64,000 bases of DNA from Spirochaetota bacterium (lineage in GTDB: Bacteria; Spirochaetota; UBA4802; UBA5550): contig JBNKTL010000012.1 of the NCBI GenBank assembly GCA_050298055.1, forward strand, positions 1-64,000, read 5' to 3'. The notes below the pieces were generated by a model that saw only the letters and a list, made by a program, of their open reading frames with translations, searched no databases and was not told the origin of the DNA. Positions within the stretch are counted from its first letter, which is position 1. Each line of letters opens with the position of its first letter. This document shows positions 19,096 to 28,600 of the stretch, one piece after another. Both the position numbers and the translations under genes were made by a program.

Positions 19096-19251
19096 ATTTG
19101 CCACAGAGGCACAGAGTTCACAGAGGTTAAGATAATTTCAAATTATGAATTTATGGAAAATTATCTTTAAAGAATCAACAACTTTACATCCACTATTTGT
19201 AATTTAACATTAAAAAACTCTTCTCTGTGTCTCTGTGTCTCCGTGGCAAAT
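19096..19251. repeat. CACAGAG-family long inverted repeat (MITE-like)
   Basis: atttgccacagaggcacagagttcacagag ... ctctgtgtctctgtgtctccgtggcaaat; same family as 3927/4174; partial copies near 7015 and 20030. Confidence 0.7.
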
Positions 19252-19331
19252 CTTTTGATGTAAAGTTATAAATCAAGTTCAGAAATTAATCCTGTGTTTG
19301 AATCATTCTTCATTTATTCTCATAGTTCCCC

Positions 19332-20015
19332 TCATACCACGAAAACCTCCATGAGGACCTGGTACGAACTGTTGAGCTTTTTCATCAGGGTGTCATCCCC
19401 GTTGTTAACATCAGGGTGCATTTTTATGGCCAGGCGGTGATATTTCTTTTTTATGATTTTTCTTGTGGGCCGGGAAAGGCCGAAAAACTTCAGGGCGTCT
19501 TCAACCGCCCCTTTTTTCATTGAATAGAAGATGAAGCCGTTCAAAAGCTTCCGGAAGATATCCTCCCGGCAAAAACTGATGTTCCCGGGGTTTGTATAGA
19601 AATCGTGCAGGGGATCAAAAGAGACGAATTTCTCACCGGGTTTCACGTTCTTCTTATGGAGGGAGCAGTGTTCGGAACCGGCGGTTTCCCCGGAACAGAA
19701 CCTTCCTCTCTCCGGATAGTAGTGATGACAATGACCGTTTACCGGGATCCTGATCATCCTGATTCTCATGGGATCCAGATGGAAGTAGTATCCTTCGGGC
19801 CCGTGCTGTTCTTTCAGTTGATAGAGGAGATGAAAAAGAGTAAAGTGATAGGTGAAGAGCTCCTCGGACTCGAAAGGGAGGGACTTTAAATCTGTTACCG
19901 ATTTCAGGAGCGATGATTCCATGAGAGGCCTGTCCGCTTCAAGGAGCCTGTTGAAAAGAAGAGAAGAATCAATCTCTGCCAGTTCCGGGTTTATACAGCT
20001 GTCTGATTTATCCAT
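19332..20015 (-). CDS. DnaJ-related protein (C-terminal J domain)
   Basis: LFTYHFTLFHLLYQL N-terminal region; IKKKYHRLAIKMHPD J-domain HPD motif. Confidence 0.8.
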   Translation of the reverse strand: MDKSDSCINPELAEIDSSLLFNRLLEADRPLMESSLLKSVTDLKSLPFESEELFTYHFTLFHLLYQLKEQHGPEGYYFHLDPMRIRMIRIPVNGHCHHYYPERGRFCSGETAGSEHCSLHKKNVKPGEKFVSFDPLHDFYTNPGNISFCREDIFRKLLNGFIFYSMKKGAVEDALKFFGLSRPTRKIIKKKYHRLAIKMHPDVNNGDDTLMKKLNSSYQVLMEVFVV

Positions 20016-20165
20016 CTTTTTTAATACTCGTGTGCCTCTCTGTGGTAAATCTTTTTTTTATAAGATATATATGAATGAATCAAAAAAAAATATATAAAAA
20101 TTTTAAAGAGGAAAAAATTTTAATATTTCCCGCTCCCCAATCGTATTAATGATAAGGAGCATATT

Positions 20166-20924
20166 ATGGAAAACAGCAAAATCCACGACAATTTTTTTAA
20201 AAAGACATTTAAAGACAAAAAGAACATCAGGGATTTCCTGAAGCTCTCGCTACCGGAAGAGATCAAGGGTGAAATCGATTATTCATTCATTAAAATTGAC
20301 AACACAGGGTATGTTTCGGAAAATATTAAAGGCTATTTTTCCGATATTGTCATAAAAACCCGGTTAAAGTCAAAAACAGGTAAAGACAGACCCCTCAATG
20401 CGGATATCTATATCCTTTTTGAGCATAAGTCATATAAAGATAAAAGGATATTTGTCCAATTGCTTAAATATATGTACCTCATGTGGCAAAAAGATGCGGA
20501 CAATAATAAACCCCTGAGGGTTATTCTTCTGCTCGCATCACTTATGCTGATGAAAAGCGCTAAAGACAATAACTTTGAAATTATTGAAAAAATATTTGAT
20601 TTCTGGAGGGAGAAAGGTTTTATTGAAGGTAATAAAGATGAAAAACTCATTTTTTTCTTAACATATATTGTTTCGACAAGGGATATTCCCGAAAGGGAAC
20701 TTATAAATCTCATAGAAGAGAAAAAACTGCTTGGAGGTGATTCGATGCCCACATTAGCACAGAGATGGATTGAAGAAGGTGAAATGAAAGGAAAAACCGA
20801 AGGTAAAATTGAAGGTAAGTTAGAGACCGCAAAAAAAATGCATAAAAAAGGCTTCTCCCTTGAAGAGATTATTGATATTACCGAACTCTCCGAAGAAGAA
20901 CTGAAAAAGGCGGGAATTTCTTAA
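20166..20924 (+). CDS. Rpn/YhgA-like PD-(D/E)XK nuclease, apparently internally shortened
   Basis: HDNFFK, SDIV, YILFEHKS motifs and C-terminal EGKxEGK repeats; lacks the usual PIVFYHG segment. Confidence 0.85.
   Translation: MENSKIHDNFFKKTFKDKKNIRDFLKLSLPEEIKGEIDYSFIKIDNTGYVSENIKGYFSDIVIKTRLKSKTGKDRPLNADIYILFEHKSYKDKRIFVQLLKYMYLMWQKDADNNKPLRVILLLASLMLMKSAKDNNFEIIEKIFDFWREKGFIEGNKDEKLIFFLTYIVSTRDIPERELINLIEEKKLLGGDSMPTLAQRWIEEGEMKGKTEGKIEGKLETAKKMHKKGFSLEEIIDITELSEEELKKAGIS
20745..20924 (+). CDS. Putative intragenic small C-terminal Rpn protein (RpnS-like antitoxin), 59 aa
   Basis: GGAGGT SD at 20733-20738, 6 nt before in-frame ATG (MPTLAQRWIEEG...). Confidence 0.6.
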   Translation: MPTLAQRWIEEGEMKGKTEGKIEGKLETAKKMHKKGFSLEEIIDITELSEEELKKAGIS

Positions 20925-20925
20925 G

Positions 20926-20995
20926 AAATGTTAAATGTTTAATGTTGAGTTTTCCGCTCAAAAATCTCTTGAATTCAACATTTAAAACTCAACAT
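20926..20995. repeat. Heptamer inverted repeat between convergent genes
   Basis: aatgttaaatgtttaatgttgagttt ... aattcaacatttaaaactcaacatt. Confidence 0.65.
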
Positions 20996-21004
20996 TAATA
21001 AAGC

Positions 21005-24000
21005 TCAGAATATCCAGAAGAAAGTATGCCTGGTTTCCCCTTTATATTCAACCCTTTTGTAGAGCCCCTTGAGTATTGAAAACTTTTTGAAACCGGTTTC
21101 ACTCTCCGTCTCATAATCCCAGAGACCGCTCCAGAACATTCCCTGAGAATGGTAGCCCCTCTCGGGCCTCTTGACCTCGTACCAGAGTGTTCCGCCGAGC
21201 CATGTTCTCTTGTCCTTCTGTTCCGCGATATTATTGTTTCGATAGTAGATGATCCCCAGCAGGGCCAGGTCCAGATCACCTTCTTTGTCCTTTGAAAAAT
21301 ATGAGAGGGTAACGGGGCTCAGGAAATACCATCCTCTGTCCGGATCATCATAGTTTTTATAATAGTACAAGGGAAAGAAGTGACTGTAGCTGAAGTCCTT
21401 TCCTCTTTCACGGTTGATGATATTGAAGAGGATGCTCACCTCGTACCGGTCCGAATGAGTATATCCCCTGTAGCTCATGAGAGCACCCCAGAACATTTTG
21501 AATTTTTTTACCTGGGGGTTAATTTCGTAATGTATGCCTGTAAAGAGATAATTATAAATCTCCTTCTCAGTGTTTTGATCAGTATTTTTATATATCCTGT
21601 GGTCGAAGAGATAATAGAGATTCTGCCTTTCGTAATAGTTTGATCTGTGCCAGTATGTTCCCAGTACCATCCTGCTGCTGCTTTCCGGTGTCCGGGAATA
21701 TCCCGATAAAAGCAGGGGGAGTGCCAGGAAGCTGAACCGGCCTCCCCCGGAATTATACGAACCGTCGCTTTTATAGAAAAGGGGCAGAAAAAAACTGCGG
21801 TTGTATGAATTATCAGCGCTTGTCTTTCTGTCGATCAGACCGAGGATGTTCCAGTGTGTGGTATGGTCCGCAGGGCTGTTATAGCTCCTGTTCCAGTATA
21901 CGAGGGGAAGAATGGGAAACCAGGTTGTGCTTGAATACTTTTCGCTGTTTTCTGTTCTATACGTCTCCCTGCTTCTGTAGTGAAGAAGTGAAAAATGGGT
22001 GGAGCTCCTGTATCCCCCTCCTCCTGAACTTTCCGTGTAGTAGTAGAGGGGTATCAGCCAGTTTCTCTTCTTTTTCGTCTCCATTGCCCTGTAACCTGTG
22101 AGGGATGAATATTCCGTGTCCCTGAAGGAGCTGTACCAGAAAAGGCCCCAGAGAACCTTCAGGTATGATCTCTCTTCACTCCTGTTGTGGTAACTTTTGT
22201 AGAGACCGAGAAGGAGAGAAAATTCGCCGGCGCCGGGAGAACTGCTGTTGTAATAGAAGGGGAAAAACCATGTCCTGCTTGATTCTCCCGATCTGCTGAA
22301 GGAGAGGAGCCCGAATAAAAAGTTAAGCCGTGAAAAATCTGTTTTATCGTTTTTCCTGTAGTTCCAGAGCGCCCCCCAGAGGAAGCCGTTCCCCCATTCG
22401 TCTTTTTCCCTGTAAAAATTGAATCCCAGGACAAAGAGGCTGTAATCCTTATAAATGACCGTGCTTGCCGGGTAGCGGCTGCTTTTGTAGTAGATAAGAG
22501 AAAGAGGAATGAGAAGACTGTAGTCCTCGCTTTCTGTCCCGTCAGTCATCTTCATGCCGGAAGATGTGGAATAATAAAAGGGGAAAAGGTACGATCTCCC
22601 GTCACGTTTCTCTTTTATGATGCGGCCTTTCGCGGTCAGTTCCGGTTCATCATCGGTCCTGCTGATAACAGACCGTGATGAACTGTAATAGAGGGGAAGC
22701 AGCGGGATGAATGTGCTCTCATTTGTTGTCCCGTTTTTGACTTTTTTCCTTGAGAAATAGAAAGGATTAATAATGAATTTATACAGGGTTGAATTGTCAC
22801 TGCTGTCTGTTTTATAGTGGCTGTAGTGAAGGGGGCTGATAATTTTGCTGGTAACTATTCCCTTCTCTTTCCGCCATTTTCGCCATATGAGGGGGAATAC
22901 CCTCCACCCGCTTTTTTCCGGTGAGCTGTAACAGTTTATCAGGGGCCAGAGAAAGGTCTTTTCTCTGAGTTTCTTCTCATCATCGTATTCGTCCCAGTAG
23001 AGGTTCAGGAGATACCCCCTGGAGTAAGACTTGCCCTGCCTCTGGCTTCCGTATAAGGGAAATACCACAAAGTATTCAGAGTCATCTTCAACTGACTTAT
23101 AGGAGAGATACAACGGGGGAAACGCTATCAGTTCATCATCTGATTCAGTGTCGTATGTGATCCATGAAAGCGGGAGTATTCTGAAGTGTCTCTTTGTATC
23201 GGCCCTCTCATAAGCCATCCAGCCGAACAGGACTCTCCACCCAAAGAAGAATTCCGAAGTATTTCTTGAAACGTCTTTTTGCTTTGTTATTGAAGTTTTT
23301 ACCCGGCTTTTATCCGTATCCCGGTCTAATTTCAGGTCTTCCATAAGTTCATTGTCTCCGGCCAGGTCGGAAGGTGAGATGTCCCGTTTCTTTTTAAAGG
23401 GATTTTTTAATGTGATCCGGGAGGATATGCTGAAAACATCGTAGAGCCAGGAGAGGTCTGTGTCAAGATACCAGTTTCCCCTGTATTTTCCCACATCAAC
23501 AGAGACATCGGGTGATGCGGGACCCAGGGCGGCGGTTTTCGACAGCCCGAGGATGTTCACATGGTAAGACCGTGTTTTACTCTTGTAGTTGAAGAGGACC
23601 GGGAGAAAGATATCGCCGCTGCTCTTTTCAGATTTCCATGTGACCCCCAGGGGAAAGAAGAAGGAGAAGTATGTCTTCTTTTCCAGGTCGTAGCGTGCGT
23701 AATAGGGCCAGATCCATATCCTGTTTTCGCTTTCTGACCACCTGTGGTAGTGTAATAAACCGAACGAGCTTCCTTCCGATTCTGTCCAGCCCGAAGACCT
23801 GAGATAGAACGGGAAAAAGTGCCTGTATCCCCCGTCTCCTGATTTATAAAAGACAAAAGGGATAAACCAGAACCTGTCCAGGTCCCCCCGGGGGTTCTTC
23901 TTCCAGTCCACAAGCCAGAGGAAGTTCCTGTGAATGCCGTCGCTGTCTTCTGATGAATAGTAGAGAAAAGGGATGAAAGGGCCGATCCAGAATGTATCGG

Positions 24001-25501
24001 AAGAGACTTCCGGAGCTGATTCACCGGTGGCCTTCTTTTTTGTAAACCGGGAGTAGAGTATGCTGATCAGGGAGTTCGATTCATAATAAACGGGGGTCCT
24101 CTCTTTGTTTTTATAGGTGAAGTAACGTCTTGAGTCCTTCCAGGCAAAAAAGAGGGGGAGCAGGTGACGGTAATAGTCCCCGTCTTTCCACCTGAAGCTC
24201 ATGTAGACCGGAAAGAGTATGTGATTGTAGCCCTTATCTCCGAAGCTGTAATACCAGACGGGTATAAACCAGAATCGTTTCATCTCTCCCCTGCTGTTTC
24301 TCTTCCAGTCAATGAGCCAGAACATGTTTTTATGGGTGCCCGTATTGTCTTCGGATGAATAGTAGACAAAAGGTATAAAGGGACCGATCCAGAGTGTGTC
24401 TGAGATGAGTTTTTGTTTTTCATCTTCCCCGGTACGGTATTTTTTAAACCGGGAACAGAAAATGCTCAGAAATGAATCATAATTATCGGAGACATATTTT
24501 TTCAACCGGTAATCGTATCTGCTCTCTCTTCCTTCCCAGGAGAAATAGAGAGGGAAAATATGGCGGTAGCCGCTGTGGGTGTTTTTGAAACTCATGTAAA
24601 GGGGAGGGAGAACATGTGTATATTCGCCGGCCCCTTTTTTCATAAAAAACAAAGGGACTATCCATAATCTCTTCAGCCGGTCTTCCTGCCCGGTTGATAT
24701 CCAGGAATAGTCAAAGAGCCAGAGAAAGTTCCGGTGCCCGCCGTCCGGCCCGGTATGGTGGTATGTCAGGGGAAGGAGGGGAAACCACCAGGTAGTTGTA
24801 CTGACCGCGGCGCCTCCTTCTTTATCCGTCTTCGTGAAACTATCGTAATAATGGAGCAGAGAGAAATTGAACCGGCTGGTCGTTGAAGAATCCCCGGTTT
24901 CACTGGCTCTTTTGCTCCGGTAGAAAAAAGGAAGAAAGAGCAGCCGGGACCCTTCAATTCCATATTTTTCATAAACATAGCTTTTCTGGTAATAAAGCGG
25001 GAAAAGATTTACATATGAATTTCTGTATCCGTCAGAGTCCCTTTTTTCATGACCCCACCAGAAGAGGTAGAAAAGAGACCTGTCAGTCTCGTTCTTTTTA
25101 ATGCTGGAATAGTATACCGGGACATGGACTGTTAGCTCTTCGGGGCCGTCAATACTGTGATAGTAGAAGAGGAGCGGCCATCCGAATCCCCACGATCTTT
25201 TTCTGTTGTCAATTTTGCTCTTCTGTTTGTAATAAAAGGGCCACAATCTCAATGAAGAGTACTTTGGAAAATCTGTATATTTCAACATCCAGAAGAACAT
25301 AAAGCTGTAATGTCCTTCCCAGTTTTCTTTTTCAAGAAAGAAGGCGTATGTGGCGTTTTTCTCCTCTTTCTCGCTGCCGTAGTATTTCCGTTCTCCCGCG
25401 GTGAGGTCCGACCAGTCTCCCTTTGCCTTATCCCGGGCAATGAGGGGGATAACGGAAAAAAGTAATATAAGCGTCAGGAATACATATTTTAAATATTTCA
25501 T
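21005..25501 (-). CDS. Giant exported aromatic-rich repeat protein (FPLYY-type motifs), function unknown
   Basis: ~1500-aa ORF, signal peptide, dozens of (F/L)P(L/F)(Y/F)Y and LWLxDW motifs; paralog of 25647-30845. Confidence 0.85.
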   Translation of the reverse strand: MKYLKYVFLTLILLFSVIPLIARDKAKGDWSDLTAGERKYYGSEKEEKNATYAFFLEKENWEGHYSFMFFWMLKYTDFPKYSSLRLWPFYYKQKSKIDNRKRSWGFGWPLLFYYHSIDGPEELTVHVPVYYSSIKKNETDRSLFYLFWWGHEKRDSDGYRNSYVNLFPLYYQKSYVYEKYGIEGSRLLFLPFFYRSKRASETGDSSTTSRFNFSLLHYYDSFTKTDKEGGAAVSTTTWWFPLLPLTYHHTGPDGGHRNFLWLFDYSWISTGQEDRLKRLWIVPLFFMKKGAGEYTHVLPPLYMSFKNTHSGYRHIFPLYFSWEGRESRYDYRLKKYVSDNYDSFLSIFCSRFKKYRTGEDEKQKLISDTLWIGPFIPFVYYSSEDNTGTHKNMFWLIDWKRNSRGEMKRFWFIPVWYYSFGDKGYNHILFPVYMSFRWKDGDYYRHLLPLFFAWKDSRRYFTYKNKERTPVYYESNSLISILYSRFTKKKATGESAPEVSSDTFWIGPFIPFLYYSSEDSDGIHRNFLWLVDWKKNPRGDLDRFWFIPFVFYKSGDGGYRHFFPFYLRSSGWTESEGSSFGLLHYHRWSESENRIWIWPYYARYDLEKKTYFSFFFPLGVTWKSEKSSGDIFLPVLFNYKSKTRSYHVNILGLSKTAALGPASPDVSVDVGKYRGNWYLDTDLSWLYDVFSISSRITLKNPFKKKRDISPSDLAGDNELMEDLKLDRDTDKSRVKTSITKQKDVSRNTSEFFFGWRVLFGWMAYERADTKRHFRILPLSWITYDTESDDELIAFPPLYLSYKSVEDDSEYFVVFPLYGSQRQGKSYSRGYLLNLYWDEYDDEKKLREKTFLWPLINCYSSPEKSGWRVFPLIWRKWRKEKGIVTSKIISPLHYSHYKTDSSDNSTLYKFIINPFYFSRKKVKNGTTNESTFIPLLPLYYSSSRSVISRTDDEPELTAKGRIIKEKRDGRSYLFPFYYSTSSGMKMTDGTESEDYSLLIPLSLIYYKSSRYPASTVIYKDYSLFVLGFNFYREKDEWGNGFLWGALWNYRKNDKTDFSRLNFLFGLLSFSRSGESSRTWFFPFYYNSSSPGAGEFSLLLGLYKSYHNRSEERSYLKVLWGLFWYSSFRDTEYSSLTGYRAMETKKKRNWLIPLYYYTESSGGGGYRSSTHFSLLHYRSRETYRTENSEKYSSTTWFPILPLVYWNRSYNSPADHTTHWNILGLIDRKTSADNSYNRSFFLPLFYKSDGSYNSGGGRFSFLALPLLLSGYSRTPESSSRMVLGTYWHRSNYYERQNLYYLFDHRIYKNTDQNTEKEIYNYLFTGIHYEINPQVKKFKMFWGALMSYRGYTHSDRYEVSILFNIINRERGKDFSYSHFFPLYYYKNYDDPDRGWYFLSPVTLSYFSKDKEGDLDLALLGIIYYRNNNIAEQKDKRTWLGGTLWYEVKRPERGYHSQGMFWSGLWDYETESETGFKKFSILKGLYKRVEYKGETRHTFFWIF

Positions 25502-25646
25502 GATGATCATTTCATGATAAACGAATACCTGTTCAGCCGGAAGTATAAAATTCGTTTACTATTGTTCATTGAGAAAAATTTCCGGATGTGAATTTAAATT
25601 CAAGTCATTTTATCTACTTTTACCAGGAAATTATCAATAGATGACC

Positions 25647-28600
25647 TTATATATCAACCGCATCAGATGTTTTCACCATAATTCCCAGTATCTTGTGCCG
25701 TGTCTTTCCTTTGTAGGTGACTTTTTTATAGACTTCTTTCAGAATCGCGAACTTCCTGTAACCGGTTTTACTTTCTGTTTCTTTTTCCCAGAGGGCGCCC
25801 CAGAAACTTCCCTCTGAATGAAGCCCTTTTTCAGGGCGCCTGACCTCATTATAGAGAGTCCCGAGAAGCACCATCCTCCTCTCTTTTTGGGCGGGGATAT
25901 TGTTTTTCCTGAAATAAACAAGTCCCAGGAGCCCGAGGTCCAGGTCGCCGTTTCTGTCCTTTGAAAAACAGGAAAGAATTATGGGGCTCAGGAAGGAGTA
26001 TCCCCTGTCTGGATCGTTATAATTTTTATAGTACCATAAGGGGAAAAAATGGCTGTAGCTGTAAGTTTCGTTCGCTTCCCTGTTGAATAAATTAAAGAGA
26101 GCGCTGACTTCATAGCTTTCTGTACTGGCATATGTTTTCTTACTGAGGAGAGCTCCCCAGAGCAGTTTAAACCTGTTTATCTCCGGTGTGACATCATATT
26201 TTACTGCTGAGAAAAGAACAGAGTAAATGTCCCTCTCCCGGCGGTCATCTGTATCGTTGTATCTTCTGTGGTCCCAGAGAGAGAAGATGTTTTCTCTCTC
26301 ATACTCTTTCGAGATGTGCCAGTATGTGCCCAGGACCAGTCTTGAATATCCGTGAGGACCTGTTAAAGAACCGGTAAGGAGCGGCGGCACTGTCCAGAAG
26401 CTCTTCCTTCCCGTGTAACTGATCCAGAGGGGAAGGACCCAGGCTTTATGAAAATGTCCCTTCCGGTCTTTCCGGAAATCAATGAGACCCAGAATGTTTG
26501 TATGTCTTTCTCCGTTTCTGTTGCTTCTGTAGAGAAAGGGGAAAATGAAAAAACGGCTGTAATCGTATGATTCTTTTCCGCTCACAAAACCCATAAAATT
26601 CCAGGAGCTTTCATAGTCATGAGGAGTGTTGTATTCACTGGTCCGGGAATAGAGGAGTAAGGGTGTTACCACTGTTTCTCTCTTCTTTCTCTCTGTTTCC
26701 GTGGTATAGGTCTCGGTCTTCCTGTATTGGAACAGCGACAGGTTCACTTTGTTCTTGTAACCCCCTTCCCAGCTGCTTTCCGAGTGATAGACAAGAGGGA
26801 AAAACCAGGAGGTCTTTTTTCGTGTCTTCATGGCCCGGGAACCGACCAGTGGTGAAAACTCCCTGCCTGTAAAACTGCCCTGGTGGACAAGGCCCCAGAA
26901 AAGATTGGACCCGAAACTTTCCTCTCTCCTGTTTGAGTAATTATTATAGAGCCCCAACAGAAACGAGAACTCATCCCTGTCCGGTGAGCTGCAGGTAGAG
27001 AAAAAGGGAAGTACCCGTAACTTTGTTGCTGCCCCGGTTCTGTTGTAGGAGACCCATCCGTAGAGAAATTTAAAACTGCTGGAATCTTCCCGGCTGTTGG
27101 ACTCCTTTCCCCATAAACCATAAAGAATATTGAACTCACTTCTTATGGGGGAATCTGAGTAGTCCCAGATTGGGAAAAGGGAATTAATGCGGGTCTCTCC
27201 GGAATTTTCACTTCTATAGAGGCCGTAAAGAACCTGTAAGCGGGAATCACCTGACTCATGTTCTCTCCTGTATTTCCAGAGCAGGCCGGAGAGAAAGCTG
27301 TTCCTATTTGCGAAGCTGTTGTTGTAAGAGGAATATCCGAACATAAAGAGATTGTAGTCCCTTGCCGGTTTCAGAACTTTGTCGCCCTCTTCCCCACTGA
27401 CACGATTTTCAAGGGCAGCATGGATGCTGCTCTCATAATATGTTAAAAAGAGAGGCGCAAAGACTTTTATCTTCTCACGGGTAGTCCCTGCCTGTGAAGT
27501 TTCCTTTTCTCCCGTTGAAAAATAGAAGGGGAAGAGGAAAGACCTCTTCTCAAGTCTCTCTTTTACCCGGTACCGGCGTGCCAGGGTTGAACTGCTGAGC
27601 GGTGCCTCTTCTTCATTAACCCGGTAGCTTTTCATTGAATGATAACAGAAAGGAATCAGGGGGAAAAGGGTCCTTTCTGAGATAGACTCATTCTCAATTA
27701 TTTTTCGGGAAAAGGAGAGGGGATTAATGACAAATTTATAGAGTGTCTCATCTGTCTTCTCATCTCTCCTGTAGTGACTGTAGTAAAGGGGGCTGATAAA
27801 CCGGCTGGCCAGTATCCCCTTTTCCCGGGACTTTTTTCTCCAGATAAACGGGAAAACTCTCCAGCCGCTTTTCACCGGTGAGCTGTACCGGTTTATTATT
27901 GGCCAGAGGAATGTTTTTTCCTTCAGTTTTTTCTCATCATCATACTGGTCCCAGAAGAGGTTCAGGAGATATCCCCGTGAATACGACTTGCCCTCTCTCT
28001 GGTTCCCGTAAAAGGGAAAGACCACCGTGTATTCAGAGTCCTCATCTATGGATTTGTACCTGATAACCGGGAGAGGGAGGGGAACAACATAGAGTTTATC
28101 ATCGGACTCTTTGTCCCAGGTGATCCATGAGAGGGGAAGAAGCCTGAAATGTCTTCTCGAATCCGCCCTTTCAAAAGCAGCAAGCCCGTAAAGCAGGTTC
28201 AGGCCCCAGAAGTATTCCGAACTCTCCCTGTTGACGGTTTTCTTTTTTACGATACCGGTCTTACCTTTTTCTGTTTCCCCGATCTGAAGTTTTTCCGTAA
28301 GCTTCCTGTTATCTGCCAGCTTATCGGGTGTGATATTCTCCTCTTTTTTAAAGGGATTTTTCAGTGTAATCCGGCTTGAGATACTGAATAGATCATAAAG
28401 CCATGAGATATCGGTATCCAGGTGACAGTTCCCTTTGTATTTGCCCACATCCAGGGAAAGATCAGGAGATGCCGGTCCCAGGGCGGCCGTTCTTGACAGG
28501 CCCAGTATGTTCACATGATATGATCGTCTTTTGCTCCGGTAATTGAAGAGGACCGGGAGAAAGATGTCCCCGCTGCTTTTTTCTGATCTCCATGAGGCAC

